DNA of 64,000 nucleotides from a virus: positions 28,947-92,946 of IMG/VR virus record IMGVR_UViG_3300028384_000675, one strand, 5' to 3'. The position numbers and the translations under genes were made by a program. How positions within the stretch are numbered: the stretch's first letter is position 1; every line of letters begins with the position of its first letter. The notes below the pieces were generated by a model that was not told the DNA's origin, made no database searches, and saw nothing but the letters and a program-made list of their open reading frames with translations. Below, piece by piece: positions 37,105 through 46,700 of this stretch.

Positions 37105-37818
37105 CTAAGATAAGGCGCTGTCTTCGATGCTGCTAAAAATTTCAGAACCATCCAGATTCAGGGTGTCAACGTCATATTGTGTAATGACAGGTTGATTCCT
37201 TGAAGCATCTTTATATAGGTTTATTTTCATTTCGAAATCTAGCGTGTAGATGATAGTTCTTCTTGCTTCGAGAACTGCCTCGTAATCGTCAGAAAATGTG
37301 ACACCCTGTAATGTAATTGGTGTATCTTCTTTGACGTCATCAAAATCTGATAGCGGATTCACAGTAAGAGTATAGTGAGGTGTGAAGTATGGTAGGACTT
37401 GCTCAACCACTTGTAATGCATCGTCCTGGGACTTTGCATAGATGTTCAATTGAAAGTTAATATTGTATGGTGAAGGACTGTATAACTTAGTGCGAGTGCT
37501 CTCAGTATCCGTGTCACCTCCCTTTGGGCAGAAGTTCATTTTCGGTAATTGCCGCGATGGGTCGTATTGCATTGCTACAATCTCAAATGACATACGAGGC
37601 AATTTGATCGCGATCTGACGTTCGTCTGCTCCAGCAGCATTCAATTGATCAATACGTGCTAGGAAATCTCTTCTTGGACCATAGGATAATGGGACCTTGG
37701 TTTCGCTCAAAATATTACCGGAACTGTTTTTACGAATAATATGAATGTCATTGAACAGCGTACCGAATACAGCAACCGCTTTTCGTATTCTTTGATTGTA
37801 GAAATGATCACCGAACAT
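37105..37818 (-). CDS. gp15: Tail sheath stabiliser / tail terminator (gp15)
   Basis: MFGDHFYNQRIRKAVAVFGTLFNDI...VPLSYGP...LPRMSFE...PYNINFQLNIYAKSQDDALQVVEQVLPYFTP. Confidence 0.93.
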   Translation of the reverse strand: MFGDHFYNQRIRKAVAVFGTLFNDIHIIRKNSSGNILSETKVPLSYGPRRDFLARIDQLNAAGADERQIAIKLPRMSFEIVAMQYDPSRQLPKMNFCPKGGDTDTESTRTKLYSPSPYNINFQLNIYAKSQDDALQVVEQVLPYFTPHYTLTVNPLSDFDDVKEDTPITLQGVTFSDDYEAVLEARRTIIYTLDFEMKINLYKDASRNQPVITQYDVDTLNLDGSEIFSSIEDSALS

Positions 37819-38459
37819 TAGGTTGGATCTCCGAATGGGTTACTTTCAGTAAAGTCAATGATTGAGTCACCAACTTCTTCAAAGTCATTGTTCTGCGCTT
37901 CGACTGGTAAACTCTCTGCCGAGTCACCATCATTGATGTCATCAAGGTCAGCGATACCTGTGTCGAAGTCTTCTTTATTGTATTCAAAGAGTTCACAACG
38001 TAGTTTGAACACTGGCAGGTTCTTTAATTGAAAGAACGGTTGCTGCGTTTCACAACGTGTGATCTCAAAGATAGAGTTAGAGAGTGTCAGATAAATCAGA
38101 TCGCCCTCGCGTGGGCGCGCGAACGATTCAGTTGCTGTTTGTTCATGATACGCAACGGTTGTATTCCATCGGCGTTTTGCTACAACGAATGTGGCAGCAT
38201 CACGAATCTCAACGCCGAACTTAGTGAACAGATCACCTTCTCCATCGAACCCTTCCGTATTCTCAATGTACATCTCAATTTTATATGCGTTATCGAATCT
38301 CGACACTGAGTCATCAACAAAGATTCGGTCGCGATCTACAATCTCACGTGGAATGTAATAGACATCCTGCCCATACATCTTGAGTGATTCAATGATTATA
38401 TCTTCGTAGAGAAGTTGTTCGCTACGAGTGCCTTGTGAGAAGTAAGGATTCGTGCTCAT
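37818..38459 (-). CDS. gp14: Neck protein (gp14)
   Basis: MSTNPYF...EQLLYEDIIIESLKMYGQDVYYIPR...FTKFGVEIRD...RPREGDLIY...DFTESNPFGDP; real start is the ATG at 38459. Confidence 0.93.
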   Translation of the reverse strand: MSTNPYFSQGTRSEQLLYEDIIIESLKMYGQDVYYIPREIVDRDRIFVDDSVSRFDNAYKIEMYIENTEGFDGEGDLFTKFGVEIRDAATFVVAKRRWNTTVAYHEQTATESFARPREGDLIYLTLSNSIFEITRCETQQPFFQLKNLPVFKLRCELFEYNKEDFDTGIADLDDINDGDSAESLPVEAQNNDFEEVGDSIIDFTESNPFGDPT

Positions 38460-38466
38460 ATTATCA

Positions 38467-39219
38467 TTATCCCATAAAGAAGTCGACAGGCAGTTCGTAT
38501 TCAGAACGAATCTTCTCATCGAGTCTTTCGATTTCGCTGTTCGCATCTTCAAGTATCTGACGACCGTTCAGTGTCACCCCACCAGGAAGTTGCATACCCT
38601 CGAACTTAATCAGGTTCATACCCCACTGTTGTTTGATCAGCGCAGTGGTATATTCCTTCAACCAGATATCATTCCAGACAGCAGTGTGATCGTTCTCGTT
38701 AATGATCTGGAATGCTTCTGCGATTAGGAACTGACCTTCTGAAATATCACGGTCTTCGATGTTTCCGTGCAAATACAAACGCCCTTGCTTGCGCGAGAAT
38801 GTAGTCAGCGGAGTTCCGTCCAATAACATATCGAGGAAGTCGAGATACTGTTCTAATTGATAATAGTACGACATCCCGCCAGCAAAGTTCATGAAATCGC
38901 CCAGACTGTTTAACATCATCTGATAGCGAATATCAAACATATTGACGTTTGCGTATGTTGGACTTAGAGGGAAAACTTTTGTGAGGTAAACGATCTCGTC
39001 AGAGACAGGAATGTACTTGTTGGCAATATCATCAGCAGTCATCTGATGTTTTAAGAAGATGCGCACAGTAGCATCGCTATGGTATTCGCGATACTTCTGT
39101 AACGCATCGTCTACTTTGTCTTCAATCTGATCGGGATCAACGTTGACCTCGATCACTGGCTCGCCTAATTTCCTCAGGCAATAGTCAATAAAAGTTTGTC
39201 TTGAGTTAGGTGATGCCAT
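38467..39219 (-). CDS. gp13: Neck protein (gp13)
   Basis: MASPNSRQTFIDYCLRKLGEPVIEVNVD.DQIED...WLKEYTTALIKQQWGMNLIKFEGMQLPGGVTLNG. Confidence 0.94.
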   Translation of the reverse strand: MASPNSRQTFIDYCLRKLGEPVIEVNVDPDQIEDKVDDALQKYREYHSDATVRIFLKHQMTADDIANKYIPVSDEIVYLTKVFPLSPTYANVNMFDIRYQMMLNSLGDFMNFAGGMSYYYQLEQYLDFLDMLLDGTPLTTFSRKQGRLYLHGNIEDRDISEGQFLIAEAFQIINENDHTAVWNDIWLKEYTTALIKQQWGMNLIKFEGMQLPGGVTLNGRQILEDANSEIERLDEKIRSEYELPVDFFMG

Positions 39220-39251
39220 GAAGCACTCCATTGGTATAAACGATTCTCATC

Positions 39252-39259
39252 TATTTATA
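39252..39259 (-). promoter_or_regulatory. Late promoter TATAAATA for gp13-15
   Basis: Exact consensus in the intergenic gap. Confidence 0.8.
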
Positions 39260-39276
39260 CTTATACAAAACACCCT

Positions 39277-41004
39277 TTATTGAATGGTATATTCCTCACC
39301 AGATTGAGAAATAAATTCAATTCCCAACTGCGAACCATATATGGTTTCAACGCCAAGATCCGGATCTGGTGCAAGACCACCGCCATTGTTTCCAGTATCA
39401 ACGCCCGTGTCAACACCCGAACCTGCTCCTGATCCAGGAGTAGTTTTGACTGAAACTAAACTAAATGGACTGTCAACACCGTATCGACTAAACAGGAACT
39501 TGTTCGGGCCACCCACCAAACTTCCGGTGGTTGTCACGTAATCGCTGTTCCTTGACGTATCTTCAATCATATCGTCAACAGCATCAGCAATCATTTTCCT
39601 CTTAAGTTTTGCCGGAGAAATATTAGGTTGACTTTGCAGGTGTAGTGCTGCCACACCGGCAACCTGAGGTGCTGCCTGACTGGTACCATCAAGAACCATG
39701 ATCTTATAATTAGGGTCTTCTGGGTATGCCAGAGTAGAACGACTTGAAGCAACTGTATTACTTGCCGCACTCATAATGTTAGTACCTGCTGCCCACATAT
39801 TAACTGCAGGACCACGGTTACTATTTTGCGCCGCACCATCTGTTGAAGAACCAGCAACACGAGGTTCGTTGGAAACGTTACCGACAAAGAATGCATCTTC
39901 GTGATACGGAGACGCCGGACGATGATAATAATATGTGTTGCCGTTGATCGTTACAGAGTTGTTGTAATCATCACCACCAGAAACATCTGCTTTGTAGTAT
40001 CCATTACCTGCAGAAATACAGACGTGAATACCAGCATCGATCATTTCCTCAATCTCCACATCATATGCAGTTATTTGCGCAGGAATAGAACGATTTCCGT
40101 TGCTAAACTTACTGACGATACCAAACTGAGAGTAAAGCGTAGAATCCGATTGACCACTATAGTTCCAAGAAGATCCACGATAAACACCAGAAGTAGGGTT
40201 TAGTGAAGTTGCGTGACGAACACCCCAACTCATATTAACAATCGTTGGACGACCGTTAGTCTTAGAATTGTGCCAGAGGCGAATCATATCAAATGCAGTT
40301 GATGGTGAAGTGCCGAACGGAACACCGCCAGTACCGCCAAGATCTACAATCTTTTGAGAATAAATGTGAGCACCTTTCGCCCAACCGTATGTTTTACCGG
40401 CAGCAATCGCAGCAACGTGAGTACCGTGACCGTCGGTGTCAGTGTAGTGATCCGGATGTTGCGATCCAGAGATACCGCTTTCTGCATACCAATCAATTTG
40501 TTGTAGGCGTGAGTTGCCCTCAGCATCTTGCCATTCAGGGTGATCTGCTTGAATACCAGTATCCTGAATAACAACATCGACACCAGCACCGTTCAGCGCG
40601 AAAACGTAATCACTCTCAAGGTTTTCGTTTACGTCTTCTTGACCGAAGTAAATATTAGTTCTGGCATTTGAGCGTCTCAACCCCCAGTTAACATTCGATG
40701 CAGTTGGTGCGCCTTTTCTCTTAAATCTACCGCCACGCTTTGCTTTTGCGTCGAGGGTAAATTCGATATCGTCTCTCATGTGTGGCGGTATCTCAACCGC
40801 AAGAACACGCTGATCAGATTGAAGCGTTGCCGCTTCTTCTTCTGTCAACATCCAATGCGTCATACGCTTAGAACCCTCGCGAGGGTCAGCAACTTGTACT
40901 GCACGATTAGGGATTGGAGAATCCCCAGTCGCAGCAGCAAGTTCTGCGTCGAACGCTGCTAAGTCCACTCCTTTGTGGACAATTACTACATATTCTTTTT
41001 CCAT
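39277..41004 (-). CDS. Subtilisin-like (S8) serine protease with propeptide
   Basis: Triad motifs VVIQDTG, DGHGTHVAAIAAG and DGTSQAAPQVAG; oxyanion motif SAGN; N-terminal I9-like prodomain (KEYVVIV...). Confidence 0.9.
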   Translation of the reverse strand: MEKEYVVIVHKGVDLAAFDAELAAATGDSPIPNRAVQVADPREGSKRMTHWMLTEEEAATLQSDQRVLAVEIPPHMRDDIEFTLDAKAKRGGRFKRKGAPTASNVNWGLRRSNARTNIYFGQEDVNENLESDYVFALNGAGVDVVIQDTGIQADHPEWQDAEGNSRLQQIDWYAESGISGSQHPDHYTDTDGHGTHVAAIAAGKTYGWAKGAHIYSQKIVDLGGTGGVPFGTSPSTAFDMIRLWHNSKTNGRPTIVNMSWGVRHATSLNPTSGVYRGSSWNYSGQSDSTLYSQFGIVSKFSNGNRSIPAQITAYDVEIEEMIDAGIHVCISAGNGYYKADVSGGDDYNNSVTINGNTYYYHRPASPYHEDAFFVGNVSNEPRVAGSSTDGAAQNSNRGPAVNMWAAGTNIMSAASNTVASSRSTLAYPEDPNYKIMVLDGTSQAAPQVAGVAALHLQSQPNISPAKLKRKMIADAVDDMIEDTSRNSDYVTTTGSLVGGPNKFLFSRYGVDSPFSLVSVKTTPGSGAGSGVDTGVDTGNNGGGLAPDPDLGVETIYGSQLGIEFISQSGEEYTIQ

Positions 41005-41023
41005 GGTTCAAACCCCCCTTGGA

Positions 41024-41650
41024 TTAGAATTCGTAGATCGTTACAGTAAGTGTTCCCGTCTCTAGCGGATCGCCGTTCTCTTTGTAGATATATCCAAGGT
41101 CAACATAACCTGTTGAGCGGTTGACCGGAATAAATGCGCCAGCATAATAATCCATCATTGTTACCATAACTGCATAATCTTCTACACTAGTAAACGCTGA
41201 TGGGAATGTTAAACGGAAAGTTGCTTCGCTTTGACGAGAAGCAGTAATACCAACAGAACCTGTCCACGCTGGAGCGTTTGAACCGTTCAACTTCAGCATG
41301 CCGCCGTAGGTTGGAAGCGGAACGCCATTCGCTGTAACTGCATCAGAAGCAGTAAAGTTGATGCTGCTTGCGCTGTTCAGATTAAATGGACCAGTGCCTG
41401 TACTGACTAAAGTCGAGATAGAAAGGTCCCCAGTGAAAGATACATCAGGGTTAAATATTACATTCGCATTACCAGTTGTATTGATAGTAGCACTGTCGAA
41501 TACGAAAGAACCAACTTCTGATGTACCAGAAAGAAGATCTGCGACTGTGATTTGCTTCGAAGCGTCTTCGCTGACATCAGTGATCAGAATTACATCTGTG
41601 TCCGCTGGCGTCCCAACAAGTTGTGTTAATTCGGTGATTTTTGTTGACAT
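41024..41650 (-). CDS. Small fibre/spike-like protein with a KISQL-type N-terminal module
   Basis: MSTKITELTQLVGTPADTDVILITDVSEDASKQITVADLL, followed by a beta-rich C-terminal domain. Confidence 0.65.
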   Translation of the reverse strand: MSTKITELTQLVGTPADTDVILITDVSEDASKQITVADLLSGTSEVGSFVFDSATINTTGNANVIFNPDVSFTGDLSISTLVSTGTGPFNLNSASSINFTASDAVTANGVPLPTYGGMLKLNGSNAPAWTGSVGITASRQSEATFRLTFPSAFTSVEDYAVMVTMMDYYAGAFIPVNRSTGYVDLGYIYKENGDPLETGTLTVTIYEF

Positions 41651-41711
41651 GTTACTGTCTCCCTAGTTTGAGATTTTGTTGGTATGACAAATGAAAGAAT
41701 TACATCAATGT

Positions 41712-41719
41712 TATTTATA
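41712..41719 (-). promoter_or_regulatory. Late promoter TATAAATA
   Basis: Exact consensus in the intergenic gap. Confidence 0.8.
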
Positions 41720-41723
41720 AATT

Positions 41724-43073
41724 TTATCCCGTTGAAACTTTAAGAGTTCCGCCATCGTTCCAAAGTTGACCCGCATTTACTGGATCTGCTGTAGGTAATG
41801 CGCTGAATATAACCACACCGCTTGATGTAAGATCGGTCATTGTAACACCAGCACCAAACGTCCAATCGTTTGTAGTGTCGTATGTTAATGAACCAGCGGC
41901 AGATGTACGAATATCGATGCCGAACTGAGTTGCGACGATAGAGTTCGCGCCTGTTGCTGCAAGAGCGATAGTATTATTCGCATTCGCTTTAGCACCACGA
42001 CCAAGCGCCAGAGAAGCGTTACCTGTCGCGCCAGCAAATGGACCAATTGCAATGCTTTCGGTTCCTGTTGTCACAGAAGCATTAGAACCAATGGCGACAC
42101 TCGCTTGAGATGCTGCGGCAGTTTGACCGATCGATATACCTTGCGCTCCTGACACTTCAGTATTAGAACCAATGGCAATACCGTCAGTGTTTACATTAGT
42201 GTCAGCAGACACTCCGATTGCGATTGCATTTGTTGCTAACGCCTGCGCCGAATTTCCTAATGCTACGCTACTACTACCTGTAGCATCTGTCCCATTACCG
42301 ATTGCGACAGATCGTGATCCTGACGCTACTGATGATGTTCCCATAGCAATTGTATCTGCTTGAGATGACGTTGCTGATCTTCCGATAGCAATTGCGTCTT
42401 CATAAGTAGCATTTGATCCTCTACCCAATGAAAGAGTAAAGAGTGCAGTTGCGTTAGCATCATAACCGATAGCGATGGCATCCGCACCCGTTGCGTCAGC
42501 GAGATAACCGATAGCAACTTCGCCAGATGTATTTTGAGTTGTCGCACCTTCACCAAGTCTAATTGATTGCTGATTATCAAAGACTGATTGTACACCAGCA
42601 GAGTCTAAACCGCCACTGGCAGCAGGTGCTCGTGCCGCAACATAGTCTGAATCAACTGTTGCTGGGATATCCGCAGCAGTAATGTAGTTAGTGTCATTGG
42701 TAAATGAACTGAGCGCAGTTGGTGCGCCTGTCAGAGAAGAATATGCAAAGTCTTGTGGGGTCTGACGTGCTTGGACGTATGGTGCATCAACTGTCGAGAG
42801 TATCTCACTATTCGCGATAGACTGCGCAGTTGCCGAGTCGATTCCTACACCGTCAAGTGTAACCCTTGCTTGAACATAGTCGCTATCTACAATTCCGATT
42901 ACGTCAGCAGAGTCGAACCCATTTGCTGCCGGAGATCGCGCCGCAACATAATCAGAATCTATCAAATCAATAACAGCGGCAGAGTCGAGAGCACCAGCAG
43001 GAACAATGCTTCGAATCTGAGTTCCTGTTACAATATTTTCAACAACGTATTTGGAGAATTTATTCGTGGACAT
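41724..43073 (-). CDS. Fibre protein with YadA/Hep-Hag head-like repeats
   Basis: About 14-aa repeats (A.A.G..AIAIG..A); N-terminal IDSDYVAAR repeats; C-terminal LPTADPVNAGQLWNDGGTLKVS. Confidence 0.8.
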   Translation of the reverse strand: MSTNKFSKYVVENIVTGTQIRSIVPAGALDSAAVIDLIDSDYVAARSPAANGFDSADVIGIVDSDYVQARVTLDGVGIDSATAQSIANSEILSTVDAPYVQARQTPQDFAYSSLTGAPTALSSFTNDTNYITAADIPATVDSDYVAARAPAASGGLDSAGVQSVFDNQQSIRLGEGATTQNTSGEVAIGYLADATGADAIAIGYDANATALFTLSLGRGSNATYEDAIAIGRSATSSQADTIAMGTSSVASGSRSVAIGNGTDATGSSSVALGNSAQALATNAIAIGVSADTNVNTDGIAIGSNTEVSGAQGISIGQTAAASQASVAIGSNASVTTGTESIAIGPFAGATGNASLALGRGAKANANNTIALAATGANSIVATQFGIDIRTSAAGSLTYDTTNDWTFGAGVTMTDLTSSGVVIFSALPTADPVNAGQLWNDGGTLKVSTG

Positions 43074-43082
43074 ATTATACCT

Positions 43083-43439
43083 TTACTTTGTAACTGATGG
43101 CGCAATTGTAATAAGTCCTTCGAGGACGCGCTCAATGATTAATTCTTCGTCGCTATCCTCGAACATAATCTCTACGTCATACACGTATTTTCTTCGAGGG
43201 TTCAGCAAGTCTGTTTGTGTGTTTGATAGTGAAAGCGTGACGATACCGTCAGTTGCTGGTTGAGCAACAAATGCGGTGAAGGTAGTTTTGTCGGAATCAC
43301 TGGCGGCATAGTTCGGCGCCATTTTCGCTGCTACTGAGTAACCCGTAAGGTCAATCGCGTCTTTTTCTTGATCGACCAGACGCAACTCCAGCGCAATATC
43401 CGAACCTTGATCGAATGTAAAATCTTCGTAACGTGCCAT
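43083..43439 (-). CDS. Baseplate/fibre adapter (BppU N-terminal-like fold)
   Basis: FDQGSD...IDLTGYSVAAKM...GIVTLSLSNTQT...KYVYDVEI...RVLEGLITIAPSVT; start is the ATG at 43439. Confidence 0.7.
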   Translation of the reverse strand: MARYEDFTFDQGSDIALELRLVDQEKDAIDLTGYSVAAKMAPNYAASDSDKTTFTAFVAQPATDGIVTLSLSNTQTDLLNPRRKYVYDVEIMFEDSDEELIIERVLEGLITIAPSVTK

Positions 43440-43472
43440 ACTCGCTTCCAAAAAATAAATTTATCTTGACAC

Positions 43473-43480
43473 TATTTATA
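43473..43480 (-). promoter_or_regulatory. Late promoter TATAAATA
   Basis: Exact consensus in the intergenic gap. Confidence 0.8.
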
Positions 43481-43488
43481 GTGAAATA

Positions 43489-43719
43489 TCAGTCCATCTT
43501 TGAGACAACAATCTCAAGCATCCTTTTGATATCAGATATGTCTGTCTCAAGGGAAGAAACTCTCTGTTTGAGTTCTTGTTCTTCCTGTCTTTTCTTTCTT
43601 CTTAATTCTTTCTTTTCTCGGGCTTGTTGAATAGCAGACTTATCAACGTTAATCAATGCGTTCGTTTCTGTATCACGAACAAGACCCGAGTGCCCTTTAA
43701 CTGGTACATATCGACTCAT
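43489..43719 (-). CDS. Conserved small T4-like hypothetical protein (coiled coil)
   Basis: VPVKGHSGLVRDTETNALIN...DISDIKRML; usually follows the VrlC-like gene in marine myoviruses. Confidence 0.75.
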   Translation of the reverse strand: MSRYVPVKGHSGLVRDTETNALINVDKSAIQQAREKKELRRKKRQEEQELKQRVSSLETDISDIKRMLEIVVSKMD

Positions 43720-43722
43720 AAT

Positions 43723-46700
43723 TTATACCGCTAGGAATCGAATCCCAGCACTCTTAATTGTAGGTGCCTTACCACCACCAGTCATAACATATTTCAACTG
43801 CGCTTGGTTAAACGGATTTGTTGTACCACCCATACCACCTACAAGGAAATGCGCCTCACGGAAAGTCAAATCGTTATCCCTAGAAATTTCTGATTGAATT
43901 GGTTGCTCAATCCAGCGTTGATCGAGAATATTCTCATCAGATGCAGCGACACGATAGTACAATCGCAAGTCTGACCCGAACGGAAGGTTGATAAGCAATC
44001 GCGCGTCAATTCCTACTGCCGCTTCTTCTAATGTGATCGGAGTAGTGATATGACGCGAACCAGTTGTACCGCCATATGGATTCGTTTCATCGACCGGATA
44101 GATGTGCGGCGTAACCTCGGGGTTATCCATCTTATAACCTGCCATAATGAGAGAAGTGCGCTGTAAGTCGATAATCGGAGAGACGTAATCATTCGACGTC
44201 TTCATATCCACCTTGATGTATGATGAGTAATTACCTGGACCCAACTCTGACGTTTCGGTCGCTTCGTTGTAGATTGCCTTTGTTTCAGTAAAATCAACGT
44301 TCTGCTTCGGAGTAACGCGCGCATACTGCGGATCAGCATCGAACCGTGATGCGCCTTCAGAAATAAATGATCCTGAAGTAAACTTCGCTGATATGTCAAC
44401 CGAAGTAAAGTTCGGAATAATTGATTCGATGTATGGATTGGCGACGTTGAATACCTTATTCTTTCTTGCTAGTGTTCGGTCACCGCCACCGTATCCTGTA
44501 TCAGTTGCTGAAGAACCAACGTCAAACGTGTACCCGTGTATATCAGCAGAGTCAATGGTTTGCGTTGTATTGATACTTGATTCTAAAATACCATTGACAT
44601 CAGAACAACTATCAAGGGATGTAGTATCACCTGCTTGGAAACCATGATTCGGGTGAGACACATACACGCGCGAAGAACCTGCAGTTGTACGGATAGGGTT
44701 CTCTTCAAGCAGCGCTGCTGGTAGATTAGCGTTGCGAAGAATCAAACTACCACCGCCAACGTCGAAGCGAGCACGTGTCAACTTATACATTAGATCTTGA
44801 TCTTTTGACTCAACCCAAACTAGACCATTCTGAGGTAGATAAAGTGAACCAGGAGCAGGTTGAGTTGTAATAAACCGCGAAGTTGAACCGAATAACGGTT
44901 CCTTCGTTTTCGCGCTGAACAATTCATACTCAGTTGACTGAGATGTAACGACGATCGCATATTCAGTCCATGGTTGTAAATATATAGGTTCGTCAAACAC
45001 GAATGAAGTTGGTGTTTCTTGTATCGTCGACATCTGAGGGTTTGAACCAATTTCATTAACGTCTGACGCATTTAGGTACACGTGAGAATCAGGAACAATA
45101 TTCGATGTGGACGGTTTTCCATCTTCTACTGGACGTAAGTGAATAGAAACTGGAATCCCCGTAGTATCCTTTGTGCGGAAGAACAGATCAACCTTAGTTA
45201 GTACCACGCCGAACTGGTTATCGACATAGAATGTTTGCGACATCGGATTCTGTGGTAGTGAGAGAACATTAATCGCAGGACCGGCAAACTGATTATTGTT
45301 TACGTTGATATAATCAGACAGAACCTGAGACATCTGACCGTTGGCATCCAATCCCGCCAATGCGGCAGCAGATAACGGCGAAGTCGCTGGACCATACTGC
45401 CCTGCGAGTTTAGGGTCAACGATGCTAACCTGAGATGCAGTTACCTGATTGAGTAGATCTCTTGACTCTGATGCCGAGTATGCGTTAACGCGTGTTGGCA
45501 AGTTGCTCCACGGAAGAACCTGCTGTCGAGCACGGTTTGATAGAATATTGTGATAACGTTTGTGATATGCACCCAACGCTGAGTAATATGCGAAACACTT
45601 ACTATCCGCAGCAGTCCAGTCATTTGTGTTGATGTCAAGGAGTTTAAACTCACGAACACCAGTACGGAATCGAATATATGTACGCTTCCTGATCTTTCCG
45701 CGACGATACTGTACAATGTCATATAATGGTTTGATGTTTGGAATAAAGAATGAACCAATCACCTCGCCGTTTTCGTCGGCGATCAACTCAGTTTTCCCGT
45801 TAGGGTGCTCAACCAAGTTAGATTGACGGAATTGATTACCGATGTCATCTTTACGATCTGCCCAACGTACAAACGTCGATTCTTCTCTACACCAGTCAGA
45901 AACATCTTGACCGTCAAAGAATGGTGTGAATTTGGTATTTGGTTTCAGACCTTTCGCGTGGAAGTAAACTTTTCGCGAACGCATCCAAGGGATTAGAGCA
46001 ACATCGACACATCTTCCGTTAACGATGGAGCGTAGTGTATCAGAAGCAATTACACGAGAAACATATTTACCGTTAGCAGTGTCAGTTGGCACGCTGCTAA
46101 ACGTTGAGTTGTACTTTTCATTACCGAACAACGAGCGACGTTGTTGCTCACGAACTTCGCGCAACTTGTTTCTAGGTTTCTTGTTGTAGTCTAGATGGAT
46201 ATCTTCGACGCTTCGACCGCACCAGTTCCACATCCAGTTATTCCAGAGGAATGCTTGACGCCGATCAACTCTAGACGCACCGCCTAATGCTGTTTCTGCT
46301 TCTTCATACGATTCTTTCCATTCGTCTGATGAAGGCGATAGTTTTAATGTCCCGACATTATCGACTAAACCGAATGGGTTAATATTTACAGAACGAGAAG
46401 CGAGCGACTGATACGCCCACTCTGCAGAATCGTAGTTCAGATATACTTGATCACCGCTCTTAACAACGTTGTTGCCAACAGGGTTTAGTGCATCATCCCA
46501 TACCAAACGAATATTGTCTTCGTCAACAGATGGACGGATCAAGCGACTCTCTGGGTCAATCGATGCTGCATAGTCTGGATTGGATGTGTCCGCTCCAGTT
46601 TGATCTGAGAAATCATCAACCAGCGATCCGCTCTCAGTACGCTCGTTACCATCGCTGTCGTATGATGGACTCATACGCTGTTCCATCTCTAGGAATGTGA

